In this document: one piece after another, positions 25,689 to 34,191 of the stretch
How the letters are laid out: each line of letters opens with the position of its first letter
How positions within the stretch are numbered: the stretch's first letter is position 1
Source of the DNA: a virus
Virus record (IMG/VR): IMGVR_UViG_3300008807_000159
Span: 1 to 49,654 of that record
DNA length: 49,654 nucleotides
Strand: one strand, 5' to 3'
Position numbers and translations under genes: made by a program
The notes under the pieces: generated by a model
The model's database searches: none
What the model saw: only the letters and a program-made list of their open reading frames with translations
Told to the model about the DNA's origin: nothing

Positions 25689-26036
25689 ATGTTCATGCTC
25701 AAATCCACGCATGAGGCCGCGATCAAGCACCTTGTCGAAACCCGCAACAAGGCGCTTACCGATCTTTCCGGCGCGACGTTCAAGGTCGAGTCCCTGGAAT
25801 CCGACCTCAGGGCCGCGAACAAGGACGCAGACGAATGGAAGGGCGCCGCACTCCGCTGCGGCGAAGCGGTGGAGCGCCTCGAAACCGAAATCGCCGCCCT
25901 CAAGCCCGACGCCGAAGCCATGCGCGCCAAGCGAAAGCGCGACCGGGAACAGCAGGCCGCAAAGAAGGAAGGCAAGAAACCCGCTTTGCCGACCGCAACG
26001 AAGGCGAAGGTGACGGCGAAGAAGGGGGCGAAGTGA
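25689..26036 (+). CDS. Coiled-coil protein with Lys-rich tail
   Basis: 115 aa from ATG 25689. The start is uncertain. Confidence 0.45.
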   Translation: MFMLKSTHEAAIKHLVETRNKALTDLSGATFKVESLESDLRAANKDADEWKGAALRCGEAVERLETEIAALKPDAEAMRAKRKRDREQQAAKKEGKKPALPTATKAKVTAKKGAK

Positions 26037-26683
26037 TGCAGACGTTCTCTATGGACGCATTCTGGTCTCGCTACGGCAAGGTCGATTTCACCGCGACCGC
26101 ATTCGCTCAAGCCCTCGCCCGCCTTCCTGACGTATCCGAGGCTGGGCCTTGGGTTGGCGGGGGCAGCGTCCGCCGACTGATCGCGGGCTTACCGCAGGAC
26201 AGCGACTTCGACTTCTTCTTTGCCGACGAAGCGCAGTTCGATGAGTTCGTGGCCGACATGAAGAGCCGCGGCGCGACGGTCGAGAGCGAGAACGACTTCA
26301 ATATCACTTTCTCGCTCCCGAAAGCCAAGGCCAAGCCGACCGGCGATGACGAGCTCAGCGTCGCCGGGCCGGAGTTGAAGGTGCAAGCGATTAGGCTTCG
26401 TTACCATGCGACGCTCGCCGAGACGCTGGACGGATTCGACTTCTCGCTCTGCAAATTCGGATACGATGGCGCAAACCTTGTCTGTGGCGACTATTCGCTA
26501 TTCGACCTCGCCAGCAAGCGTCTCGTTCCCGACCGCATCAGCTTCGGTGCGTCAACGCTCCGACGCATCATCAAATACACCCGGCAGGGATACACGATCT
26601 GCGGCGGCGGGCTGGCGAACATCCTGCAACAGGTGGTCGATGACCCGAGCATCATTCAGTCGGAGGTCGAATATGTCGACTAA
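26036..26683 (+). CDS. Pol-beta-superfamily nucleotidyltransferase
   Basis: 215 aa. GGGS-x12-DFDFFF matches the hG[GS]-x9-13-Dh[DE]h signature. Confidence 0.6.
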   Translation: MQTFSMDAFWSRYGKVDFTATAFAQALARLPDVSEAGPWVGGGSVRRLIAGLPQDSDFDFFFADEAQFDEFVADMKSRGATVESENDFNITFSLPKAKAKPTGDDELSVAGPELKVQAIRLRYHATLAETLDGFDFSLCKFGYDGANLVCGDYSLFDLASKRLVPDRISFGASTLRRIIKYTRQGYTICGGGLANILQQVVDDPSIIQSEVEYVD

Positions 26684-26903
26684 CGCCCCCGGCCACCGCA
26701 CCTCCATCATCGGCACCCCCGCGTTCGTAACGAGCGGTCGGGGAGGATATGCGCCGCACCGTCCGACAGCGCCCGCGATATCGGCACCGCGCGACCGTCA
26801 GCGGGAGGCGATTGCCGAGCGGGATCGGGAGCGTCGTCGCCGGGCTTTGTGGCTGGAATGTGAGCGGGCGCCGCTGAGTGTAATCGAAGGGCTGGCGGCG
26901 TGA
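26673..26903 (+). CDS. Hypothetical protein
   Basis: 76 aa. GGAGG lies 6 nt before ATG 26673. Confidence 0.5.
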   Translation: MSTNAPGHRTSIIGTPAFVTSGRGGYAPHRPTAPAISAPRDRQREAIAERDRERRRRALWLECERAPLSVIEGLAA

Positions 26904-27181
26904 TGACCCCCACCTTCCGCGCCAACGGCAAGCAAATCCTCCGCTGCAAAGGGGACGATACCGAGCACGTAGCCGATGTCGTCTCGAACGCTTGGGCAAG
27001 CCGGATCGCGGCGCTGCTCAACCTCCCGGCGTGGCTCGATGCGCGGGCGGAGAAGATCAGGCCGGTGTCGCGATGGGCCGCTCGCCAATACGAGATCCTG
27101 GCGAGCAGTATCCGGGCACAGCTTCACGAAGAGGACAAAGCTGATGACGCGCCCGGTGAGCGGGACGGGGGGCGGGGATGA
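26900..27181 (+). CDS. Hypothetical protein
   Basis: 93-aa ORF with an overlapping start. Confidence 0.5.
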   Translation: MMTPTFRANGKQILRCKGDDTEHVADVVSNAWASRIAALLNLPAWLDARAEKIRPVSRWAARQYEILASSIRAQLHEEDKADDAPGERDGGRG

Positions 27182-27369
27182 CGGCACCCGCGCGCATCAC
27201 CCAGGCCGACATCGATCGCGCCATGAAGAGCTGCAAGAATGCAGGCTATCTCGGTGCGCGCATTTCACTCGATCTCGCCAAGCAGCGCATTGACATATAT
27301 GTCGGTGAAGCCGTTGAATCTCCGCCCCCGGTGAAGGAAGATGACGGCGGAGGCGACGACTATGGATAG
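27178..27369 (+). CDS. Small protein immediately upstream of the integrase (excisionase candidate by position only)
   Basis: 63 aa, overlaps the int start. No recognisable Xis/AlpA HTH. Confidence 0.4.
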   Translation: MTAPARITQADIDRAMKSCKNAGYLGARISLDLAKQRIDIYVGEAVESPPPVKEDDGGGDDYG

Positions 27370-28432
27370 AGACTGGCCACCCAAGCACGTAACGCCGGTC
27401 AAGGATCGGCATGGCAAAAAGCGCTATCGGTATCGCCGAACCGGCGTGAAGAGCTGCTACATCAACCACGCGCCGCAATCGCCCGAGTTTTGGTCAGAAT
27501 ATGACCATCTCGAACAGCTCGGCGCGTTGCCGGATGCTGAAGGTGTGGTTCGCGCCTTCATCCCCCGCAGCATGGATGATCTCGCCTCCAAGGTGAAGCG
27601 CACGACGTCGTGGAAGCGCATGAAGCCGCAGGGCCAGCGCACCAAGGCCAGCATCATCGAACGACTGCTCGACAAGAAGAATAAAGGCGGCCGCCGCCTC
27701 GGGGAGCGTCCCGTAACCGCTGTCACCGTCGCCATGCTCGACGGGATCCTCGGCAAGATGATGGACACCCCCGGTGCGGCCGACAACTTCCGCAAGGAGA
27801 TGAAGCGGCTGTTCGGCTACGCGGTGAAGCTCGGATGGCGCTCAGACAATCCGGCGTCGATGACCGATCCCATTCCCTCGGGCGCGGGCTGGCATACTTG
27901 GACCGATGACGAAATCCAGAAATATCGCGACCATCACGCGCTTGGGACGATGGCGCGCATGACGTTGGAACTGGCCCTCAATACGGCGGCGCGGGCGTGC
28001 AACCTCAACGACATCGAGCGGACACACATTATCCGCGGCAAACTTCACGTCGCCCATGCAAAGGAGAACGACACGACGATCGTTGCCCTACTCCCAGAGA
28101 CAAAGGCTGCCATCGAAGCATTGCCTGTCGCACCGATACGCTTCCTGATTACCACGGCATTCGGCAAGCCGTTCTCGGACAAGGGCATCAGCAACAAGAT
28201 GCGGCAGTGGTGCGATGAGGCTGGGCTACCGCAGTGCTCGCTTCATGGACTTCGCAAGGCGACCAGCCGGCAGCTAGCCGAGAGCGGCGCGACCGATGCG
28301 CAGGGCCGGGCAGTCACTGGGCACAAGAAAGATGCGACCTTCGCCTACTATGCGAAGATGGCGGATCGCGAGAAGCTGGCCGATCAGGCGCTCACCAATT
28401 TGACCCGAGAAAGGGACACAGATGCAGGTTGA
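27362..28432 (+). CDS. int: Tyrosine integrase
   Basis: Start at ATG 27362. Catalytic pattern R (LNTAARACN), HGLRK, TGHK and FAYYAK (Tyr). Confidence 0.9.
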   Translation: MDRDWPPKHVTPVKDRHGKKRYRYRRTGVKSCYINHAPQSPEFWSEYDHLEQLGALPDAEGVVRAFIPRSMDDLASKVKRTTSWKRMKPQGQRTKASIIERLLDKKNKGGRRLGERPVTAVTVAMLDGILGKMMDTPGAADNFRKEMKRLFGYAVKLGWRSDNPASMTDPIPSGAGWHTWTDDEIQKYRDHHALGTMARMTLELALNTAARACNLNDIERTHIIRGKLHVAHAKENDTTIVALLPETKAAIEALPVAPIRFLITTAFGKPFSDKGISNKMRQWCDEAGLPQCSLHGLRKATSRQLAESGATDAQGRAVTGHKKDATFAYYAKMADREKLADQALTNLTRERDTDAG

Positions 28433-28437
28433 AAATA

Positions 28438-28624
28438 GGTTGGACAAACCGATTTCGGACACCGCAGGAATCCGTGGGGTGATTGCAAAGGTTGGACAGC
28501 GCCAACTCGTTGATTCTTGCTATTTACAACCGTCCGGCCAGGGGCACCAACACCGTTCTCAAGTATCGGTAATTCCTAGACATTCGATAGGTTGGACAAT
28601 CGCTCGGTTCCGAGGGTTGGACAA
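28438..28624 (+). repeat. attP-like region with four direct arm-type repeats GGTTGGACA(A/G)
   Basis: Copies at 28438-47, 28490-99, 28590-99 and 28615-24, all in one orientation, in a non-coding gap right after int. Confidence 0.65.
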
Positions 28625-28768
28625 AGCATCGCATTTTGCCCCCTTTTCGATCGAGAATCGGGGCGTCGCGTGATGCACATCGACCCCGGCGACTTCACCC
28701 CCGAAGCCCTGAAGGCGTTCGCGCACCCCGCCCCCACAGGTGCAGCATGACCACGTCGGGACCGGGAT

Positions 28769-30005
28769 ATGCGGCATGACCTGGCTCTATCTGCCGCCGG
28801 AAGCTACACCGTCAACGCCCTCGCCATCTGCGCTGGCGTCGGAGGCCTCGAACTCGGATTGCAGCTTGCCCACCATCATCGGGGACAGGCTGTGCGCGGC
28901 GTCTGCTACGTGGAGAGGGAAGTCGGAGCAGCCGCAAGCCTGGTCGCGTCGATGGAAGCGGGGTGGTTTCATCCGGCGCCTGTCTGGTCTGACGCTCGAA
29001 CCTTCGACGGCCGACCGTTTCGCGGATGCGTGGATATCGTCACTTCGGGCGACCCGTGCCAAGGCAATTCCGTGGCCGGAAAGCGGCGCGGCGAACTCGA
29101 CGACCGCTGGCTGCTCGATCGCGCCATCGACATCTTCGATCAAAGCGGGGCTCCAACCTTCTTCCGCGAGAACGTGCCGGGGAACGCCGAGGGACAACTC
29201 GCCGTTGCCATCCCGGCATTGGAGCGACTGGGCTGCCGCATTGCGGTCGGAATATTCAGCTCGGCCGAAACCGGAAATACGATGCGGCGGGAGCGACTCT
29301 TCATACTCGCCCGACGGATGGGCAGCGCCGCAAGCACGGGATCACTTCCCGGCGCACACGGAAGAATATATCGCGGCGAAGAAGGCTCAGGGTCACGGAA
29401 TGCGGAATCTCAACGACGAGGCCGCACAGTGGATGGCCCCGAACGTGCCGAACGGTGGTCGATCGACAGCCCATGCGGAGCAACTCGGCAATACGCTTTA
29501 TCACAACGGGAAGAAGGTCCAGATGATGCTGGAAAGCCAAGCGTCGAACTGGTCCAGTCCGAAAGCATCAGACCCGGAGAAAGCGGGACCGAACATGCGG
29601 GGCAGCAAGGGCGACGTCCCGCTGCCGGCGCAGGCGATGCAGTGGCTGGCGCCCTTGGTGGCCGACGCGGGCGAGAAGATCACGCTGGCCAGCCATCAGG
29701 GATCGCTACTGAAGCAGGCCAACGACTTCCTCCCGCCGTCATCCCCGGACCATCCGATAATCGCGGCTGGATCGACGTCCTCGACCGATTCCCCGAATAC
29801 CAACCAGCCCTCAGTGAAGAGGAAGCTCAATCCCATCTTCGTCGAGGCATTGATGCGATGGCCAACCGGATTGAGCGGCTTCGAGCGACTGGAAATGGCG
29901 TCGATCCTGTGGCTGCGGCTTATGCCTTCCTACGTCTCGATGCTCTTCTCGGCGCTGCCGCATGACACTCAAATGGAAATGTTTGCAGAAAGGCTATCAG
30001 CATGA
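28769..30005 (+). pseudogene. C5-cytosine DNA methyltransferase interrupted by a +1 frame change
   Basis: The frame of 28769 carries motifs I (AICAGVGGLELG), IV (GDPCQGNS), VI (FFRENV) and VIII (RRERLFILA). The continuation (WAAPQARD, WMAPNVPNGG, WSSPKASD, WLAPLVAD, RKLNPIFVEALMRWPTG) is in the frame of 28740. The junction is at 29309-29320. Confidence 0.7.
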
Positions 30006-30869
30006 CCACCAATGACCGCACGGGGGTGACGCCCAAGCCACCGGAGGCCACCATGAGCGGTGAGCGGGAGGGGCTGGTCTATCATGGCACGCCGTTAACA
30101 CCACGCGCCGCGCTCAATGCCATCATGCCGGGTCGCGCGGCGTGCGTTTCATTCTTCCGACCTGACGACTTGGAGGCTCTGCTGGCTATCTGCCCGCAGG
30201 TGATGTTTCGACCATGGAGCGTTCAGCTTCTGGATGCAGGCGATGCGCGCCGGTCGGGAATGGGACGAATCCGACCGGCATCTATGGTGGCGAGCTTATT
30301 ACGACTGGCTGGAGCCGATGCTGTTTCAGCCGGGGCGGTGGGCCATCATGCCGGACAGTCCCGCTGCCCCTTCCCAGCTCAACGATGGCCTTCTCAACGA
30401 CTGGCCGTTTGGACATCTGGGCGCGCCTGTTTGGCACATGGATGGGCCGATAGAGAGGCTGGCGAGGCTGTGCGACCGCTTTCCGCGCGTCTGCCTCGGA
30501 TGGATCGGCGATCCGAAGAAAGAGCCCGTCGGCTGCGAGGCATACTTTCGCAAGATGGACGAGGTTTCCCGGCTGATGGGAAACACTTGGCATCCCCTGC
30601 ATATGCTGCGCGGCACTCTCGTTGCGCGAGAATATCCGTTTCTCAGCGTGGACAGCACCAGCCTAGCGCAGAACGGACACCGCTATGACGACGAGGGACC
30701 GGATTGGATCGGGCGCCAGCGGTACGCCTGTAGACTTGAGCAAGGCTATTTCACCGGGAGAGTTCGCAAGCGAGTGCGCCTCAATCGTCTCGCGGCACAG
30801 AGGGCACCGCGCGCACCGGTTGCTCGACCGACTGGTTACAGAGACCCTGTCCAGCTTGGGCTACTCTGA
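30002..30869 (+). pseudogene. TIM-barrel-like protein (possible DpdA/TGT-like DNA transglycosylase) interrupted by a +1 frame change
   Basis: ...ICPQVMF (frame of 30002) continues as DHGAFSFWMQAMRAG... (frame of 30234) if one T of TTT 30206-30208 is removed. The 3-prime end is uncertain. Confidence 0.5.
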
Positions 30870-31020
30870 GGGCATGGCGATCTTCCTGTCCCATGTCAGC
30901 CCGTTTCATGACGAAAGGCCCAACCATGACCGACCTTAAAGCACTGGTAGAGAGAATAGAGGGGGCGCTCGCTCTCTGCGCAGCAAGTCTCCGTGCCCGT
31001 ATCTCGAAAGGAACCCGCCC

Positions 31021-31521
31021 ATGACCACTGAACCAACCAAGGACAACAAGATGAGCGGAACCTATTGTGCGTCGCTGGAAGATATGCAGGCATGGGCGCG
31101 AGGAGTAATCCAGAATCGTGTTCCTGACTTTGTTATCGGGGACAATTATCTTCGTCGCTGGTGGGTCGTCCCGCGCAACGATGGCTGCAACGTCTATCTG
31201 CATGAGATCAACCGGAGCGACGATGACCGGGCGCTACACGATCATCCGTGGGATAATACCAGTCAGCTCCTTCTCGGAGCTTATATCGAGCACACACCTG
31301 AAGGGTCATTTCGTCGCGAAGCTGGGGAGATCGTCAACCGGAAAGCGACCGATGCACACCGGCTTGAGGTAATCCCCGGAGAGGGGGCGGTATCTCTGTT
31401 CATGACCGGCCCGAAGTTGCGGGAATGGGGCTTCCACTGTCCACAGGGATGGCGTCATTGGCGCGATTTTGTCGATTCTCGCGATGCCGGACAGATTGGC
31501 AAGGGCTGCGCCGATGACTGA
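31021..31521 (+). CDS. Hypothetical protein (HDHPW motif, cupin-like)
   Basis: 166-aa ORF. Confidence 0.6.
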   Translation: MTTEPTKDNKMSGTYCASLEDMQAWARGVIQNRVPDFVIGDNYLRRWWVVPRNDGCNVYLHEINRSDDDRALHDHPWDNTSQLLLGAYIEHTPEGSFRREAGEIVNRKATDAHRLEVIPGEGAVSLFMTGPKLREWGFHCPQGWRHWRDFVDSRDAGQIGKGCADD

Positions 31522-31834
31522 ACCAACCAAGGAGATGATCGCGCTGGCGAGGGAGATTGCGGAGGCGCGCGTGCCCGATCGCAGTTTCTCGACACACGCT
31601 ATGGTCTTGGCGATGCGAGAACTTGCCTATGACGCCGCCCTCGCAGCCATACAGGCGGACATGGAAAAGGCGGCAGCATTGGCAGTCGCGTGGCGCGATG
31701 AATGCAAAGCATCAGTTCCAGATGGCGACCGGTCCGAAGCGGCACACAAGGTTCGCGGCGCAGCAATCGAGATGAACGCCTTCTATCGCGCCCTGCTGCG
31801 CGGAGACCACCTCAAGGAGACCCCCGATGTCTGA
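31514..31834 (+). CDS. Hypothetical protein
   Basis: 106 aa from ATG 31514 (MTEPTKEMIAL...). Confidence 0.55.
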   Translation: MTEPTKEMIALAREIAEARVPDRSFSTHAMVLAMRELAYDAALAAIQADMEKAAALAVAWRDECKASVPDGDRSEAAHKVRGAAIEMNAFYRALLRGDHLKETPDV

Positions 31835-32369
31835 CGAAGTGAACGAGGTGACGCAGGCGGATGAACGCAGCCCTGCACAATTCTTCTTCGAGATGGGATT
31901 CGGAGCCTGCTACGCGGAGGCAATGATCCGGGGCGGCGACAAAGTGCCGTTCCCGATCTCAGACGACTTCATGGAACAGCAGTGGATTATCTCGCAGGAG
32001 GCCTATGAGGATCCGAGCGAGCTTGACGCGATGCTTGCCCTCACAGCAGCATCTCAAGCCTCTGCTGGGGAGGGTCTTCGTATCGCGCGCGGGATCGTGG
32101 AGGCCGATCTTGCCGATGCGAAAGAGCATTGCGACGCCGACTGGATCGGGCTTTCGCAGGCTGCGCTCGACGCAATCGACGCCACCCTCACCACCCCTGT
32201 GGAAGCCAGTCAGCCGGTAGGCGATGCGGGGGAGGCAATGTCGAAGCGCACGTTCCTGACTTGTGTGTCAGGCGACGGGCCGCAGCCATACCTGAAAGTC
32301 CACTTCAACAATCTCGCTGATGCCCATGCCGCCCACGATGAGTTGCTCGGCAGGAAGGGGGAAAGCTGA
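31827..32369 (+). CDS. Acidic hypothetical protein
   Basis: 180-aa ORF. Confidence 0.6.
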   Translation: MSDEVNEVTQADERSPAQFFFEMGFGACYAEAMIRGGDKVPFPISDDFMEQQWIISQEAYEDPSELDAMLALTAASQASAGEGLRIARGIVEADLADAKEHCDADWIGLSQAALDAIDATLTTPVEASQPVGDAGEAMSKRTFLTCVSGDGPQPYLKVHFNNLADAHAAHDELLGRKGES

Positions 32370-32533
32370 TGCGCTGGAAAGCGAAAGAGAACGGCTGGAA
32401 GCGCGCCTTCGCATGGCTGCCGGTCAAGATCGGCGACGAATGGATATGGTGGGAGCGCTATGAGCGGCAATTTATGGGCGAGTGCTTTTTCGTCCGCCTG
32501 CCCAACGCCGCCCTCAACGAAGGAGCGGCGTGA
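32369..32533 (+). CDS. Small Trp-rich hypothetical protein (54 aa)
   Basis: Hand-translated as MRWKAKENGWKRAFAWLPVKIGDEWIWWERYERQFMGECFFVRLPNAALNEGAA. TGATG overlaps at both ends. Confidence 0.45.
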   Translation: MRWKAKENGWKRAFAWLPVKIGDEWIWWERYERQFMGECFFVRLPNAALNEGAA

Positions 32534-32691
32534 TGGGGAGCCTCACGCTTTGCCCCTTTTGTGGGGCGTACTCGTCTCGGCAATGCGAACTGATCGAAGA
32601 CGCAGGCTGCTGCCCTTGGGAAGAGGCGGAGGATGAAGGTCTGCGTCTCGCCGACGAACTTTCCGACGAGGGAGCGGAACGCCATGGCTGA
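32533..32691 (+). CDS. Small Cys-rich hypothetical protein (52 aa)
   Basis: MGSLTLCPFCGAYSSRQCELIEDAGCCPWEE... Confidence 0.45.
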   Translation: MGSLTLCPFCGAYSSRQCELIEDAGCCPWEEAEDEGLRLADELSDEGAERHG

Positions 32692-33067
32692 CCTGATCGA
32701 ACAAGGTGCAGCCGCCGCGCCGGTCCCGGATACGATGGAAGGCCTTCGCTCCCAAAATCGCGCGTATCGGACGCTGTGCGCCTCGCTGGAAGCGCAGATG
32801 GCGATCCTGACCGAGAAGGGGCGCGAGTATCAGGAAGCCGTGTCCACGCTCGACAGCGAGCGTCAGGCCAACGCGATACTGACCGACGAGATCACCGCCC
32901 TCCGCGCGAGGGTGGCGGAGTTGGAGGAGGAAAACGATCGGCTCACCAAGACTGTCGGGTCCGGTATTCTCGGCGAGTTACTGAATGACGAAGAAACCGA
33001 CGAGTTCGTCAACTTCATCAAGTTCCTGCGCGGCCAATCTAAGGAGGCAGGCAGTGGGAAGATCTAA
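32684..33067 (+). CDS. Coiled-coil hypothetical protein
   Basis: 127 aa from ATG 32684. Confidence 0.55.
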   Translation: MADLIEQGAAAAPVPDTMEGLRSQNRAYRTLCASLEAQMAILTEKGREYQEAVSTLDSERQANAILTDEITALRARVAELEEENDRLTKTVGSGILGELLNDEETDEFVNFIKFLRGQSKEAGSGKI

Positions 33068-33326
33068 CTTCACGCTGCATCGCGCCAACGAGTGCGAGCA
33101 TGTCGAGGATCACACCGCCTGTCCTGACGGTTATGGGGAGTGAGGAGAGGGCAACCGCCTCGTCGCACTCGCACGCGCCGGCCAGTCGCTTCCTTGGGGC
33201 AGGTCAGATCAGGCGCTCCTCGAAAAGCGCCTGGTCCGAAAATACAGCGGGTCATTCGGAGAGGAATACGCCGATCTGACGGGGCGGGGGATGGCCGAGG
33301 CGCAGAGGATATTGCGCAAGGGGTAA
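33054..33326 (+). pseudogene. Small gene with an in-frame TGA (nonsense mutation or readthrough)
   Basis: AAGGAGG (33041-47) lies 6 nt before GTG 33054. After 29 codons comes TGA (33141-43), then 60 more protein-like codons with no start of their own, ending at TAA 33324-26. Confidence 0.4.
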
Positions 33327-33344
33327 GTGGCCCGAACAACGAAA

Positions 33345-33372
33345 AAGGGCGCCGGATCGCTCCGACGCCCTT
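33345..33372. terminator. Bidirectional terminator between the convergent plus-strand operon and the lysis genes
   Basis: AAGGGCG (33345-51) / CGCCCTT (33366-72), with inner CGGA/TCCG pairing. The minus sense is followed by TTTTTCGTTG. Confidence 0.6.
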
Positions 33373-33403
33373 CATCACCCCCCGGTGAGGTTGAAATGAC
33401 CGG

Positions 33404-33718
33404 TCAACAGGCCGACGTGGCGGCCGCCAGCGTGTCGGAATAGGTGACGCGGCGCAGTCCCTGCGCGGCGACCGTTTCGGCCTTCTGCTTCAACGACAGC
33501 GCGTCCCACGCCGTTGCGTCGATGCGGTCGCGCAGCGGCGTGACGGGCTCGGGACGGTCGGCGGCGCATTTCTGGATGACGGGGACCGAAACCGTCGCGA
33601 CGCGGTCCCTGACGACGGTCGGCGTCGAGGTGCATCCGGCGAGCAGCGCGGACAAGAGGATGATGACGATGACGGGGTCCGGCCTGCGATCACCTTCGGC
33701 CACTGGCGGATGCGGCAT
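33404..33718 (-). CDS. Outer-membrane spanin lipoprotein (o-spanin)
   Basis: 104 aa. Lipobox LLSALLAG|C. Starts 1 nt inside the i-spanin stop (TGATG), giving the separated spanin architecture. Confidence 0.65.
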   Translation of the reverse strand: MPHPPVAEGDRRPDPVIVIILLSALLAGCTSTPTVVRDRVATVSVPVIQKCAADRPEPVTPLRDRIDATAWDALSLKQKAETVAAQGLRRVTYSDTLAAATSAC

Positions 33719-34191
33719 CAGAACTGCTCCTCATAAAGCTGGTTGAGCGCTGCGTCCGCCGCGCGGATCTGCGCCCAGCAATCGGCACGGTCGCCGGGGT
33801 CGAGCGCGTCGTTGTCGAGCCGGGCAATCGCCGCGTCGCGCTTCGCATTGGCCGCCGCGATCTTCTTGACCAGCGCGGCATTCTCGGCGCGCAGGCGGTC
33901 GGTATCGCGCCCCATCGCGTCGATCATCGCGCTCTGCGTCTCGGCCGCGCCCTTCCATTCGGTCAGCGAGGCGTCGATCGCATCGATCTGTTTCGGCACG
34001 TCGCGCCATTGCAGCTTGGGATTGTCGGCCGCCTCGCGCACCGCGACCAGCACAGCCGCGGCTTCGTTGCTCAGCGCGTTGAACTTGCCGCGCCAATGGT
34101 CGCGGAGATAATCGAGCCGCAACGCCCATGCGAGCAGCAGGACGATAGCCAGCCCGACGGCGGCGCGGATATAGGTGCCTAGGCCGGTCAC
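33718..34191 (-). CDS. Inner-membrane spanin (i-spanin, Rz-like)
   Basis: GTG 34191 overlaps the upstream stop. N-terminal TM YIRAAVGLAIVLLLAWAL followed by a coiled coil. Only the last 157 codons of the 352-aa track ORF. Confidence 0.65.
   Translation of the reverse strand: MTGLGTYIRAAVGLAIVLLLAWALRLDYLRDHWRGKFNALSNEAAAVLVAVREAADNPKLQWRDVPKQIDAIDASLTEWKGAAETQSAMIDAMGRDTDRLRAENAALVKKIAAANAKRDAAIARLDNDALDPGDRADCWAQIRAADAALNQLYEEQF

Noticed and set aside
11824-28624. Shared GGTTGGA core between the ori iterons (GGTTGGAAC) and the attP arm repeats (GGTTGGACA) as evidence of one binding protein
   Set aside because: Only 7 nt are shared and the distinguishing 3-prime bases differ consistently between the two sets. 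Noted but not claimed.
28740-30005. 421-aa ORF taken as an intact gene
   Set aside because: Its first ~190 codons are the out-of-frame shadow of the methyltransferase N-terminal motifs. Only the part after about 29313 is meaningful, hence the frameshift interpretation.
30685-30939. 84-aa ORF (and a 32-aa ORF at 30926-31024) after the TIM-barrel-like gene
   Set aside because: I cannot decide by eye whether it is an independent gene, the true C-terminus after another frame change, or noise. GC3 of the competing frames is similar, so it is left unannotated.
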